Assembly: GCA_007571315.1 (NCBI GenBank)
Contig: RKRP01000139.1
Span: 1 to 56,661, forward strand
Direction: 5' to 3'
DNA length: 56,661 bases
Source: Gammaproteobacteria bacterium
Lineage (GTDB): Bacteria; Pseudomonadota; Gammaproteobacteria; Steroidobacterales; Foliamicaceae
Of the stretch, positions 1 through 9,941 are shown piece by piece (positions within the stretch are counted from its first letter, which is position 1; every line of letters begins with the position of its first letter). The notes beneath the pieces were generated by a model. That model saw only the letters and a program-made list of their open reading frames with translations, did no database searches and was not told the DNA's origin. Position numbers and translations under genes: made by a program.

Positions 1-936
1 GCCGCGCTGACGGACCCTGGGGTCCAGCAGGCCGTAGCAAATATCGACCAGAAAATTGAACAGAATAATCAGCACCCCGTAGAAAACGACCACGCCCATT
101 ACAAGGGTGTAATCCCGGTTGAGCGCCCCCTGCACAAAATGGCGGCCCAGGCCCGGCACCCCGAATATCTGCTCTATGACCACCGAGCCCGTGATCACCG
201 CGGCGGTGGCCGGCCCCAGATACGACAACACCGGAAGCAGGCCGGGCTTGAGCGCATGCCGCAGCAGGATTGCGGATTGCGCCAGGCCCTGCGCCCGGGC
301 CATGCGGATGAAATTGCTGCGCAACACCTCGATCATGCTGCCGCGGGTCAGCCGGGCGATATAGGCGATCTGCGGCAACGCCAGGGCGATAACCGGCATC
401 ACCATGTTCGGCAGCCGATGGAAGAACCCCTCCGTGGGCCAGCCTCCCGCCGGCAGCCAGTCCAGATGCACGGCGAACGCCAGGATCATTAGCGGCCCAA
501 TCACGAAATTGGGAATCGAAATGCCGGTCATGCTCGCCGCCATCACGGCATGGTCGGAAACGCGGTTCTGGCGCAGCGCCGCCCAGCCGCCGGCGGACAC
601 GCCCACAAGCAGCGCCAGGAGCATGGCGCAGGCGCCCAGCTGCAGCGACACCGGGAACCCTTCGCGGATCAGTTCGGTTACGCTGCGGTCGATGTACTGG
701 AAAGAGGGGCCGAAGTCGCCGCGCGCCAGTCCCCAGAGGTAGCGGCCGAACTGCTGATAGAGCGGCTCGTCGAGATAATAGGCCGCGCGAATCTTGGCCT
801 CGATTTCCGGATGAAGGGTCTTCTCGGCATCGAACGGGCCGCCGGGAGCGGCGCGGATCATGAAGAACGCCAGCGCGATCAGGACCAGCAGCGTGGGAAT
901 CGCGGCAAAGACCCGTCTTATGGCGTAACGGAACAT
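1..936 (-). CDS. ABC transporter permease, OppB/DppB family (3' end runs off the window start)
   Basis: Absent from the ORF track because no stop lies in the window. Reverse translation from the ATG (complement of 934-936) reads MFRYAIRRVFAAIPTLLVLIALAFFMIRAAPGGPFDAEKTLHPEIEAKIRAAYYLDEPLYQQF and ends EQIFGVPGLGRHFVQGALNRDYTLVMGVVVFYGVLIILFNFLVDICYGLLDPRVRQRG at position 1. This is the typical binding-protein-dependent permease signature. Confidence 0.85.
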   Translation of the reverse strand, partial: MFRYAIRRVFAAIPTLLVLIALAFFMIRAAPGGPFDAEKTLHPEIEAKIRAAYYLDEPLYQQFGRYLWGLARGDFGPSFQYIDRSVTELIREGFPVSLQLGACAMLLALLVGVSAGGWAALRQNRVSDHAVMAASMTGISIPNFVIGPLMILAFAVHLDWLPAGGWPTEGFFHRLPNMVMPVIALALPQIAYIARLTRGSMIEVLRSNFIRMARAQGLAQSAILLRHALKPGLLPVLSYLGPATAAVITGSVVIEQIFGVPGLGRHFVQGALNRDYTLVMGVVVFYGVLIILFNFLVDICYGLLDPRVRQRG

Positions 937-984
937 CAACGCATCATAACTGTGGGAAAAGAGGCGGCGGCTTAACCCGGCGGG

Positions 985-2643
985 TTAGTGCTTGAGGATG
1001 CGCAGGTGCCGGGTGTAGATGTGATCCATGATGTTGCCTTCGTAGCCCTGCACCCACGGCTTGACCATTCGCTTGGTCACGTAGAAATACAGTGGCATGA
1101 GGGGCTGATCCGCAAGCAGCACCCGTTCCGCCTCCTGCAGGTGGCGGGCCCGGCGCGCAACATCCGGTTCGGCCGACGCCGCGGCCAGCAGGGCATCGTA
1201 GCGCGGGCTGTCGTAGCCGAAATCATTCTGCTCATTGGAGGACTCCAGCAACTGCGCGAAGGTATAGGCGTCCTCGTAGTCGCCAATCCAGCCGGCGCGG
1301 TAAATCTGGGTGTCTTCCTTGCGCTTGCGGGTTTCCAGGAAAACTTTCCACTCCTGGTTGGACAGCGAGGCTTCCACGCCCAGCGCCTGCTTCCACATGA
1401 AGGCCAGGACGGTTGCGATGCGCTTGTGGTTATCGGAGGTGTTGTAAAGCACTTCCACCTTCAGCGGGTTTTCGCGCGAGTAGCCCGCCTCGGCATACAG
1501 GCGCCGGGCTTCCGCCTCGCGCCGCTCCTGCGTCCAGCCCGCCTCCTCCGGAATCTGCTGCTGGTAGCCGCGCACCGGCGGCACCCAGCTGTAGGCGGCC
1601 GTCTCGCCGGCGCCGCTCACAACGTTGACGATGATGTCGCGGTCCACCGCCAGCGATAATGCGCGGCGCAGTCCCGGCTGGCCGGCGAACGGCGGCCGCG
1701 TGACGTTGAAGCCGAAGTAGTACGTCCCCAGGTAGGGCGTAACCCGAAACTCGGCGCCCAGATTTTCCTGAATCCATCGCAACTGCTTTTGCGGGATGGT
1801 GCTGGTAATGTCCAGTTCGTCGGCTCGATAACGCTTGAGTTCGGCATCCTGATTCTCGATGGCGTAATAGCGCACATCGTTGATCGTGGTGTTGGCGTTA
1901 TCCCAGTAGTGCGGATTGCGGGTTAAGTGAATGTGCGACTGCACCACCCATTCCTTGAGGCGGTAGGCGCCGTTGCTCACATGCGTCTCCACCCGCGACC
2001 AATTCATCCCGCGGCTTTCCACGGTGCCGGGATGCACGGCGTAGCAGGTCGAATGCGTGAGCAGGCCCAGCAAATACGGCGTAGGCGCTTCCAGCCGAAT
2101 GATCAGGGTGCGTTCATCCAGCGCCTCAACGCCCAGCGCTTCCGGCGGCAGCTCGCCAGCGATCACCGCCCGGGCGTTGACGATCGGGGCCAGCACGCTG
2201 GAGTAGCGCGATAACGTCTCCGGATCCACGCTGCGCCTCAGCCCGAATTCAAAATCCCTGGCGGTAACCGGGTCGCCGTTGCTCCAGCGCCCGTCGGGGC
2301 GCAGGGTGAAGGTGTAGGCGAGGCCGTCTTCGGATATTTCCCAAGACTCCGCCGCGCCCGGGATCAGCGCGCCATCCGGCGCTTCAGCCACCAGCCCCTC
2401 GAACAGGTCGCGCAGGATGTTGGATGAAGGCACGCCCTCCGCCCGATGCGGATCCAAACTCTGCGGTTCGGTGCCATTGCCCCGGCGCAGGATCTGGACA
2501 TCGGCCAGTTCATTGCCGCTCTCGCCGCCGATCGGACCGTAGCGAACCGGCGTTTGTTCCGGCCCGCTTCCGCCACAGGCGCCAAGGACCAAGGCGCCCG
2601 CAGCCAGACCGCATATTGCGCCAGGCAGTTTCTTCAGGCGCAT
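985..2643 (-). CDS. ABC transporter substrate-binding lipoprotein, family 5 (OppA/DppA-like)
   Basis: 552-aa ORF with a signal peptide and lipobox (LVLGAC). Length and overall pattern fit family-5 solute-binding proteins. An OppB-like permease follows it, and its ATG (2641-2643) overlaps the mnmG stop by 10 nt. Confidence 0.85.
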   Translation of the reverse strand: MRLKKLPGAICGLAAGALVLGACGGSGPEQTPVRYGPIGGESGNELADVQILRRGNGTEPQSLDPHRAEGVPSSNILRDLFEGLVAEAPDGALIPGAAESWEISEDGLAYTFTLRPDGRWSNGDPVTARDFEFGLRRSVDPETLSRYSSVLAPIVNARAVIAGELPPEALGVEALDERTLIIRLEAPTPYLLGLLTHSTCYAVHPGTVESRGMNWSRVETHVSNGAYRLKEWVVQSHIHLTRNPHYWDNANTTINDVRYYAIENQDAELKRYRADELDITSTIPQKQLRWIQENLGAEFRVTPYLGTYYFGFNVTRPPFAGQPGLRRALSLAVDRDIIVNVVSGAGETAAYSWVPPVRGYQQQIPEEAGWTQERREAEARRLYAEAGYSRENPLKVEVLYNTSDNHKRIATVLAFMWKQALGVEASLSNQEWKVFLETRKRKEDTQIYRAGWIGDYEDAYTFAQLLESSNEQNDFGYDSPRYDALLAAASAEPDVARRARHLQEAERVLLADQPLMPLYFYVTKRMVKPWVQGYEGNIMDHIYTRHLRILKH

Positions 2644-4505
2644 CGCAACTCCCGCTTTTTGAGGTGAACCAGCAACTGGGACACGGCCGCCGGCGTCATG
2701 CCGGGCACTCTCTCGGCCTGGCCGACGGTGGCCGGACGCGCCTGGTCCAGCTTCTCTCGAACTTCGTTCGACAGGCCAGGCACCGCGCCGTAATCCATGC
2801 CGGGAGGCAGGGCCGTTCCGCGCAAGCGCCGATTGCGCTCGATTTCCGCCTGCTGCCGCGCCAGATAGCCGGCGTAGCGGGCCTCAATTTCAACCGCGCC
2901 GTCGATCTGTTCGCCCAGCTCCGGCCATTCCTGGGCCAGCGGCGGGCGCGGGCCCACCGACGGCAGGCCCGTCAGCCTGCGATAATCCCAATCCGGGCGC
3001 CGCAACAGTTCCAGCGCGGCGGGCGCGCGGGAACCGCCGGCGCCGCTGTCCGCCGCCCTCAGGTTTGCAAGCCGGTCCCGCTCCGCCGCCACCGCCTCCT
3101 GCTTGCGGCAAAAAACCTCCCAGCGCCCGTCATCCACCAGCCCCAGCTCCCGGCCCTTAGGCGTGAGGCGGGCGTCAGCATTGTCCTCGCGCAGGCGCAG
3201 CCGGTACTCCGCGCGGCTGGTAAACATCCGGTAGGGCTCGGTCACGCCCCGGGTGAGAAGGTCGTCCGCAAGCACGCCCAGATAGGCCTGCTCGCGGCCG
3301 GGCATCCAGGGCGCCTGTCCGCGCTGCGCCAAAACCGCGTTCACTCCGGCCAGCAGGCCCTGCGCGGCGGCCTCCTCGTAACCCGTGGTGCCGTTGATCT
3401 GCCCGGCGAAGTAAAGGCCGCCAATGGCGCCTGCCGCCAAGCCCTCGCGCAACTCCCGCGGGTCGAAATAGTCGTACTCGATGGCGTAGCCGGGGCGGGT
3501 CATGCGGGCGCGCTCGAAGCCCGGGATAGTGGCCAGAAACTCCATCTGCGCATTCGCGGGCAGGCTGGTGGAGATGCCGTTGGGATAGACCTCGGCGGTC
3601 GTCAGACCCTCGGGCTCCACAAAAATCTGGTGCGAGTCCCGCTCGGCAAACCGGACCACCTTGTCTTCCAGCGAAGGACAGTAGCGCGGTCCCGGGCTTT
3701 CGATGCCGCCGCTGAATACGGGCGACCGCTTCAGGTTGGCGCGAACGATCCGGTGGGTGGCTTGCGTGGTCCGGGTGATATGGCAATCCACCTGCCGGGG
3801 ATGGTGCTCGCGGCGCCCCATGAATGAAAAGACCGGCCGCGGCTTATCGCCCGGCTGCCGGCGCATCACGGAAAAGTCGAGCGTCCGTCCATCCAGCCGG
3901 GGCGGCGTTCCCGTCTTCAGCCGCCCGGCGGGCAGCTGCAGTTCGCGCAGGCGCCGCGCCAGCCGGTTGGCGGGCGGGTCTCCGGCGCGGCCGGCGGCAT
4001 GGCGCGCTTCGCCCACATGGATCCTGCCGGCCAGAAAAGTGCCCGCTGTGAGGACCACTGCCGGGGCATGAAATTCAAGCCCGCAGCGGGTTCGCGCGCC
4101 GCGGGCGCGGCCGTTGCCGGTCAGCAGGTCATCCACGCTGTCCTGAAACAGGGTGAGGCCTTCGGCGGTTTCCAGCGCGTGGCGCACGGCGCCCTTGTAC
4201 AGCAAGCGGTCGGCCTGGGCGCGAGTGGCGCGAACCGCCGCGCCCTTGCTGGCGTTAAGGCGCCGGAAGTGAATGCCGGCCTGGTCGGCGGCTCTTGCCA
4301 TGATTCCGCCCAGGGCATCGATCTCCCGCGCCAGATGCCCCTTCCCAATGCCGCCTATGGCGGGATTGCAGCTCATCTGGCCCAGCGTATCCAGACTGTG
4401 CGTAATCAGCAGCGCTTGCGCGCCCATGCGCGCCGCGGCGAGCGCGGCCTCCGTTCCGGCATGGCCGCCGCCCACGATTATCACGTCGAATCGCTTTGCC
4501 TTCAT
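2634..4505 (-). CDS. mnmG: tRNA uridine 5-carboxymethylaminomethyl modification enzyme MnmG (GidA)
   Basis: 623 aa. N-terminal FAD fold [23 protein letters not shown] followed by [26 protein letters not shown]. Full-length GidA-like. Confidence 0.97.
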   Translation of the reverse strand: MKAKRFDVIIVGGGHAGTEAALAAARMGAQALLITHSLDTLGQMSCNPAIGGIGKGHLAREIDALGGIMARAADQAGIHFRRLNASKGAAVRATRAQADRLLYKGAVRHALETAEGLTLFQDSVDDLLTGNGRARGARTRCGLEFHAPAVVLTAGTFLAGRIHVGEARHAAGRAGDPPANRLARRLRELQLPAGRLKTGTPPRLDGRTLDFSVMRRQPGDKPRPVFSFMGRREHHPRQVDCHITRTTQATHRIVRANLKRSPVFSGGIESPGPRYCPSLEDKVVRFAERDSHQIFVEPEGLTTAEVYPNGISTSLPANAQMEFLATIPGFERARMTRPGYAIEYDYFDPRELREGLAAGAIGGLYFAGQINGTTGYEEAAAQGLLAGVNAVLAQRGQAPWMPGREQAYLGVLADDLLTRGVTEPYRMFTSRAEYRLRLREDNADARLTPKGRELGLVDDGRWEVFCRKQEAVAAERDRLANLRAADSGAGGSRAPAALELLRRPDWDYRRLTGLPSVGPRPPLAQEWPELGEQIDGAVEIEARYAGYLARQQAEIERNRRLRGTALPPGMDYGAVPGLSNEVREKLDQARPATVGQAERVPGMTPAAVSQLLVHLKKRELRCA

Positions 4506-4564
4506 TTCCAGCTTGTCCGCTCCCGGGGCGCGGCGCCCGGGCCCCGCTCGTCAAAGCGGAGATT

Positions 4565-5908
4565 CTACTTGCCGATGCAGAATTGCGAGAAGATTTCGCC
4601 CAAAAGGTCGTCGCTGCTTACAACTCCGGTAATTTCCCCCAGAAAGCCCTGCGCCAGCCGCAATTCCTCGGCGATCAACTCCGCGGATTGCCGCTGGCCG
4701 AACAGCGACTCGGCCTCCTGATACTTGAGCTTGGCCTCCCTGAGGCGGCTAATGTGCCTAACGCGCGCCGAGAATGCCCCATCCGGCGCGCCGCCAGCCC
4801 TTTCGGCCAGCAACTGCCGCAAGGCTTCCATCCCGGCCCCGGTTCTGGCGCTCACATTTACGGCCCCGGCGGCTAATCGCCCGGCGGGTTCTCCCGTCAG
4901 ATCCACCTTGTTGCGAACCAGCACGGCGCGCTCCGCCGGGGGCGGTTCGTTGCCTCCGGCGGCGGCATCCCAAACCCGCAATACCAGGTCCGCCTGCTGC
5001 GCGGCGGCCCGGGCGCGGCGCATGCCCTCGCGCTCCACGCCATGCTCGCTGGCGCGCAGTCCCGCCGTGTCGATCAGCTCCACGGGAATCCCCTTAACGG
5101 AAATCCGCACCCGGACCAGGTCGCGGGTGGTGCCTGGCTCGGCGGCCACAATTGCCGCCGGCTCGCCCGCCAGCGCATTGAGCAGCGAGGACTTTCCGGC
5201 ATTGGGCTCGCCGGACAGCGCCACATTGAGCCCGTCGCGCAGGATGCGGCCCCTCTCGGCGGCTTGCGCCACCGCCGCGAACTCCTCGCCGAGCTCACGG
5301 AATCCGAGGGCCAGCGCGCGGTCTTCCAGGGGGTCCACCTCCTCGTCCGGAAAATCCAGCGTGGCCTCCAGGTGCGCCCGCAGCCGCGTCAGGCGAGCCA
5401 CCAGCGCTTCCACGGCGGCGGAGAACGCCCCTTGCATGCTGCGCGCCGCGGCCCGGGCCGCGGCCGCGCCAGCGGCATCGATCAAGTCGGCCACGGCCTC
5501 CGCCTGGGAGAGATCCATGCGGTCGTTGAGAAAGGCCCGGCGGGAAAACTCGCCCGGGCCCGCCGGGCGGGCGCCCAACTCGCAAATGCGGGCCACCAGC
5601 AGGTTGCACACCACGGGGCTGCCATGCACATGGAGTTCCAGCACATCCTCGCCCGTGAACGATGCGGGCGAGGGAAAAAACAGCGCCAGCCCGCGGTCCA
5701 GAAGTTCGCCGGACGATTCGGTTAGCGACACCAGCCGCGCCTGGCGAGGCGGCGGCAAATCCCCAAGCAGCCGCCGCGCTATGCCACGCACGCCCTCGCC
5801 CGAAACGCGAACCACCGCCACCCCCCCGCGGCCGGGCGGCGTGGCGCTGGCGACTATCGCGCCGGCCGGCCCCCGGAGGCCTTTTCGGCGCGGCGATTGA
5901 TCCGCCAT
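4565..5908 (-). CDS. mnmE: tRNA modification GTPase MnmE (TrmE)
   Basis: 447 aa. ATPPGRGGVAVVRVSG N-domain, G-domain GEPNAGKSSLLNAL and DTAGLR, and the hallmark C-terminal CIGK. The start overlaps the yidC 3' end by 55 nt and I saw no alternative in-frame start. Confidence 0.95.
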   Translation of the reverse strand: MADQSPRRKGLRGPAGAIVASATPPGRGGVAVVRVSGEGVRGIARRLLGDLPPPRQARLVSLTESSGELLDRGLALFFPSPASFTGEDVLELHVHGSPVVCNLLVARICELGARPAGPGEFSRRAFLNDRMDLSQAEAVADLIDAAGAAAARAAARSMQGAFSAAVEALVARLTRLRAHLEATLDFPDEEVDPLEDRALALGFRELGEEFAAVAQAAERGRILRDGLNVALSGEPNAGKSSLLNALAGEPAAIVAAEPGTTRDLVRVRISVKGIPVELIDTAGLRASEHGVEREGMRRARAAAQQADLVLRVWDAAAGGNEPPPAERAVLVRNKVDLTGEPAGRLAAGAVNVSARTGAGMEALRQLLAERAGGAPDGAFSARVRHISRLREAKLKYQEAESLFGQRQSAELIAEELRLAQGFLGEITGVVSSDDLLGEIFSQFCIGK

Positions 5909-7530
5909 TGCTGAAGCGTGGAGAAAACGGAGTTGGTGAGCCAGTACAACACCAGTCCGGAGGGGAAGAACATGAAAAACACGGTGAAGATCACCGGCAT
6001 AGCCGTCATGATCCTCGCCTGCATGGGGTCCGGCGGCTTAGGGTTGAGTTTCTGCTGCCAGAACATGGCCGCTCCCATGAGCGCGGGCAGCACAAAAATC
6101 GGGTCGCGCGAGGAAAGGTCGTTGATCCAAAGCAAAAACGGCGCCTGACGGATCTCCACGCTCTCCACCAGCACCCAATAAAAGGCGATGAAAAACGGCA
6201 ATTGAAGGAAAATGGGCAAACAGCCGGCCGCGGGATTGACTTTCTCGGTTTTGTACAGCTCCATCATCGCGCGGTTGCGGCCTTGCGGGTCGTCCTTGAA
6301 GCGCTCCTGGATGGATTTGAGCCGCGGCTGCAGTTTGCGCATGCGCGCCATGGAGCGGCCGCTGGCCTCGGTGAGCGGAAACAGCACGGCCTTGATGATG
6401 AGCGTGGCCAGGATGATGGCCCAGCCCCAATTGCCGACAAAGGCGAACAGGGTTTTCAGCAGCCAGAAAAGCGGCTGCGCAAAAACCGTGAAAATTCCGT
6501 AATCAACGGTCAGCGCCAGCCCCGGAGCGGTTTCCCGCAGTTGCGCCTGCAGCTTGGGCCCCACGAATAATTGCGACGAATAGCTCCGCTCGCCGCCCGG
6601 CGGCACGGTCTTTAGCGGGCCGATCGCGCTGAGGCGGTAACTGCTGCCATCAAAGCGGCCGTCGTACTGATGCGGTTCGCTGCCTTCGGGGATGGCGGCG
6701 CCCACGAAATGGTGCTGTATGGACCCCAGCCATCCCCCGGTCGCGGTCTCGCTTAAGGGTTCGTCCGCCAGGTCCTCCGGGTCCATGCGGTCGTAACTGT
6801 CGCCGTTGTAGTACACCGGGCCTGTGAACGAATAGGTATCGACATTGAACATCGACCGCTTCCGCGGCAGGTGCGCCCGGCGCATCAGAGCGTACGAAGC
6901 CGCTTGGTAGTCCGCGCCGCTGCCGTTTTGGACCGTTTGCTCAATCCCGATGTAGTACTTGCCCCTTCGGAAGCGATACCGTTTCGTTACGGTGATGCCC
7001 TCCGAGGTCCAGGTTAGCGGCACAACCAGTTCTTCCGCGCCCTCCTCCAGCCAATACTCGCTGCGTTCGCTTGAGAAGCGCTCGCGGTGATTGGCTTCCG
7101 GGGCCCCTTCCGCGGCGCGCAAACCGGTGCTGAAAATGTATTCCGCGCCCGGCGACGGGCTCAGCAGCCGAACCTTGACCTGGTCGTTTTTCTTGTCCTG
7201 GGCGTAGTCCAGCAGTTCCGCTTCGACCACGTCGCCGCCGCGGGCGCTGATCGACACAACCAGCGCATCGGTGTGGACGCGCACGACGGACCCGGCCTGA
7301 GGCGCCGCCGCCGGTTCAAGGACCGGTTCCCGCAATTCGCCGCGGTCGGGCGGGGACGGCAGCGCCGGCAGGTCCCCATCCTCCGGGTTGGGCAGGGCGC
7401 CAACGGCCGTTTCAGCCGGCGGCGCGCCGGCCGCCGGCTGGGCGCGGTCGCGGTCGCGGTTCCAAGCTTGCCAGCTGAACAGCAGCATGGCGCCGAAAAG
7501 CGCCCAGAGGGGAAATCGCAGCCGTTCCAT
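5854..7530 (-). CDS. yidC: membrane protein insertase YidC
   Basis: 558 aa with an N-terminal TM segment, a large periplasmic domain, and a C-terminal conserved core (GWAIILATLIIKAVLFPLT, MMELYKTEKVNPAAGCLPIFLQLPFFIAFY). Conserved rpmH-rnpA-yidC-mnmE synteny. Confidence 0.96.
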   Translation of the reverse strand: MERLRFPLWALFGAMLLFSWQAWNRDRDRAQPAAGAPPAETAVGALPNPEDGDLPALPSPPDRGELREPVLEPAAAPQAGSVVRVHTDALVVSISARGGDVVEAELLDYAQDKKNDQVKVRLLSPSPGAEYIFSTGLRAAEGAPEANHRERFSSERSEYWLEEGAEELVVPLTWTSEGITVTKRYRFRRGKYYIGIEQTVQNGSGADYQAASYALMRRAHLPRKRSMFNVDTYSFTGPVYYNGDSYDRMDPEDLADEPLSETATGGWLGSIQHHFVGAAIPEGSEPHQYDGRFDGSSYRLSAIGPLKTVPPGGERSYSSQLFVGPKLQAQLRETAPGLALTVDYGIFTVFAQPLFWLLKTLFAFVGNWGWAIILATLIIKAVLFPLTEASGRSMARMRKLQPRLKSIQERFKDDPQGRNRAMMELYKTEKVNPAAGCLPIFLQLPFFIAFYWVLVESVEIRQAPFLLWINDLSSRDPIFVLPALMGAAMFWQQKLNPKPPDPMQARIMTAMPVIFTVFFMFFPSGLVLYWLTNSVFSTLQQWRINRRAEKASGGRPAR

Positions 7531-7564
7531 TAGCCCGTATATTTCGCCAAGGGGCCTGGGCGTG

Positions 7565-7939
7565 CTAGCCGCGGGCCTGGGCGGCCCGCGTCACCGCGCC
7601 CCAGAGCCGGCGTAGCGCCGGCCCCGCGTCTTGAGCAAGGCCACCGCGAGCGCGCGGCACGCCAACCACGATGTCCAGGCCCGCAAGCTGGTGCTGATGG
7701 CGCCTGAAGCTCTCCCGCACCTGCCGCCGCATACGGTTGCGGACCACAGCGTTGCCCGCCGCCTTGAGGCCGATCGACAGGCCCAGCCTGGCGTGGTCCA
7801 GCCCGTTGGCTGTCATGCGGGCGCGCAACGGGCCCGCGAATGCCCGCCCGCCGCGGCGATACACGGCGCGGTACTGGGCCCCTTTGAGCAGGCGGAGCCT
7901 GCGGGGAAAACCAAGCGAACGGCCCGTCTTCGGCGGCAT
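7565..7939 (-). CDS. rnpA: ribonuclease P protein component
   Basis: The ORF track starts at 8020, but the family-like N-terminus begins at the internal Met (complement of 7937-7939): MPPKTGRSLGFPRRLRLLKGAQYRAVYRRG, ARLGLSIGLKAAGNAVVRNRMRRQVRE. It lies directly downstream of rpmH. Confidence 0.85.
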   Translation of the reverse strand: MPPKTGRSLGFPRRLRLLKGAQYRAVYRRGGRAFAGPLRARMTANGLDHARLGLSIGLKAAGNAVVRNRMRRQVRESFRRHQHQLAGLDIVVGVPRARGGLAQDAGPALRRLWGAVTRAAQARG

Positions 7940-8046
7940 GGGTGCTGAATCAATCAAAAGCGATGGAAAAACACAGAGGAACCCGCGCGGCAAGACCTGA
8001 AGCGAAACAGCTTCGGCCAACGCGATCGCTCGGCGCCGCGGCCCGG

Positions 8047-8181
8047 TCAGTGGGTCAAGCGCGCCCGGCCCTTGCTTCGCCGCCGCTTCAACACCAGCCG
8101 GCCGGCCCGCGTCGCCATGCGCGCGCGAAAGCCATGAGTGCGTTTCCGTTTTATTCGGCTGGGCTGGTAGGTGCGTTTCAT
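8047..8181 (-). CDS. rpmH: 50S ribosomal protein L34
   Basis: Below the ORF-track size cut-off. The reverse strand reads [44 protein letters not shown] then stop, an essentially canonical L34. Confidence 0.97.
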   Translation of the reverse strand: MKRTYQPSRIKRKRTHGFRARMATRAGRLVLKRRRSKGRARLTH

Positions 8182-8350
8182 GGCGCAGGTATCAAAAACG
8201 CGACCGCCCGGGCAGCCGCACAAGGGGTCGCCAGAATAGCCGTTGCAAGGTGCAAAGTCAATGAGAGCAAGGGGTTTGATTCCGGCGGCAAGTTATGGAA
8301 TAAAGACACTCCATATCCCCTGCGACAGGGTTCCGTCAAACCTCCAACCC

Positions 8351-9709
8351 ATGCCCGGCCCCGCCTCCCCAAAAGCCGATTTCTGGCACAGTGTCTGCCA
8401 AGAGTTGAAGCCGCTTCTCGCCGAAGAAAAATACAACACCTACATTCAGCCGCTTGAGGCTCAGCTCAGCAACGGGAAACTCCAGCTGACCGCGCCCAAC
8501 CGCTTTGTCCGCGACTGGATAAAGTCCAATTGCCTGAGTCTGCTGCGCCAGGCCTGCGAACGAAGCGGCGCGGAAGCCCATGTGGAAGTGCTGGACCAGC
8601 CTGTGCCGAGGCGAAATCCGGCATCCTCCCAGGCCGGCACGCTGCCACCGCTGCCGGGCTCGCGGCTGATGCCGCAATTTACCTTCGATGCCTTTGTGAC
8701 CGGCCCAACCAACCAAGTTGCCTACGATGCCGCGCGCCATGTCGCCAGGCATCGCGCCTACAACCCGCTGCTCATTTACGGCGGCGTGGGCCTGGGCAAG
8801 ACCCATTTGATGCACGCCGTCGGCCACCAGCTTTTGGTCGGCCTGCGCCAACTCCGGGTGGCGTATGTGCATTCGGACACCTTCATCAACGATTACCTCA
8901 GCGCACTGCGCAAGGTGCGCGCCAGCGGCACATACGGGCGGTCCGGTTCAGAGGCGCTTATGGAGCAGTTCAAGCATTCGTACCGCTCCGTCGATACGCT
9001 GCTGCTTGACGATGTTCAGTTTCTGGCCGGCAAGGAAAGCTCCCAGGAGCAGTTCTATCACACGCTCAACGCTCTTTTGCAGGATGGGCGCCAGATTGTC
9101 CTGACCTGCGACAAACTGCCGCGCGAGGTCGCCGGCCTGGAAACCCGGGTAATTTCGCGCCTGGGAGCCGGGCTGATGGTCAATATCGAACCGCCGGACC
9201 TGGAAACGCGCGCGGCCATCGTTCTGGCCAAGGCCGAAGCGGCCAACGCGCACTGCCCCGGGGACGTTGCGATGTTCATCGCAAAGCACATTTTTTCCAG
9301 CGTCCGCGAACTGGAAGGAGCCTACCGCACCGTCGAGGCCCTGTCGCGCTTCCGCGGCATGCCGATTGATTTGCCTCTGGCCAAGCAGGCCCTGAAAAGC
9401 CATGTGGCATCGGTAGCCCGGCGCATCACCCTGGAAGAGATTCAGAAGCTGGTTGCCAACTACTTTCAAATCCGGCCATCGGACCTGCGTTCTGCGAGCC
9501 GCAAGCGGGCCATAGTGCGCCCCCGGCAAATCGCAATGGCGCTGGCCCGGGAGCATACCGACCTGAGCCTCCCCGACATTGGAGAAAGCTTCGGCGGCCG
9601 CGACCACACCACAGTGATCAACGCGGTTCGCCGCATTCAGGAATTGCGGGAAACAGACCACAATTTAGACCAGCAATACAAGAGCCTGGCGAGTATCCTT
9701 GCACAGTAG
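8351..9709 (+). CDS. dnaA: chromosomal replication initiator protein DnaA
   Basis: AAA+ core (LLIYGGVGLGKTHLMHAVGH, LLLDDVQFLAGKESSQEQFYHTLNAL) and C-terminal DNA-binding domain (RKRAIVRPRQIAMALAREHTDLSLPDIGESFGGRDHTTVINAVRRI). I chose the ATG at 8351 (MPGPASPKADFWHSVCQEL) over the upstream 8243 start because it gives a family-typical N-terminus. Confidence 0.95.
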   Translation: MPGPASPKADFWHSVCQELKPLLAEEKYNTYIQPLEAQLSNGKLQLTAPNRFVRDWIKSNCLSLLRQACERSGAEAHVEVLDQPVPRRNPASSQAGTLPPLPGSRLMPQFTFDAFVTGPTNQVAYDAARHVARHRAYNPLLIYGGVGLGKTHLMHAVGHQLLVGLRQLRVAYVHSDTFINDYLSALRKVRASGTYGRSGSEALMEQFKHSYRSVDTLLLDDVQFLAGKESSQEQFYHTLNALLQDGRQIVLTCDKLPREVAGLETRVISRLGAGLMVNIEPPDLETRAAIVLAKAEAANAHCPGDVAMFIAKHIFSSVRELEGAYRTVEALSRFRGMPIDLPLAKQALKSHVASVARRITLEEIQKLVANYFQIRPSDLRSASRKRAIVRPRQIAMALAREHTDLSLPDIGESFGGRDHTTVINAVRRIQELRETDHNLDQQYKSLASILAQ

Positions 9710-9941
9710 TGGCCAGGCGGGAGAGGCTGGGAAAAAGCCGGTGTTGCTTGTGGAAGAATTGTTGAGAAAGCGGTCGCGTGCGGAAAACCCACAATCCCCG
9801 CTACCCGGAATCCACAGCCCATTCACAATAATTATTCCTACAATATATTGATTAAATTCACTTTTATTCCATGACACAGATATCCACAGGCCCTATTATC
9901 ACCACCACTATCTTTTACAAGGAAGTGATAAAGGAGGACCC
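9710..9941. promoter_or_regulatory. candidate oriC / dnaN upstream region (AT-rich unwinding-element-like block plus DnaA-box-like 9-mers)
   Basis: Block 9821-9875 (attcacaataattattcctacaatatattgattaaattcacttttattccatgac) is conspicuously AT-rich in a GC-rich window. Box-like 9-mers: tgtggaaga 9749-9757 (rc tcttccaca), gaatccaca 9808-9816, atatccaca 9880-9888 (8/9 to TTATCCACA), ttatcacca 9896-9904. The dnaN RBS aaggagga is at 9931-9938. Confidence 0.55.

Noticed and set aside
2424-3827. 467-aa plus-strand ORF antisense to mnmG. Similar long antisense ORFs occur at 4725-5900, 36464-37741, 43070-43963, 46341-47900, 48641-50272, 50745-51758 and 51890-53935.
   Set aside because: Each lies opposite a gene with unmistakable family motifs. 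Their translations are Arg/Ala/Gly/Pro-rich low-complexity sequence with no recognisable motifs. Long stop-free antisense frames are expected in GC-rich DNA.
8182-8350. rpmH-dnaA spacer as the origin or a DnaA-box cluster.
   Set aside because: I found no 9-mer within two mismatches of TTATCCACA by eye and no AT-rich block. It probably holds only the divergent promoters. The dnaA-dnaN spacer is the better oriC candidate.
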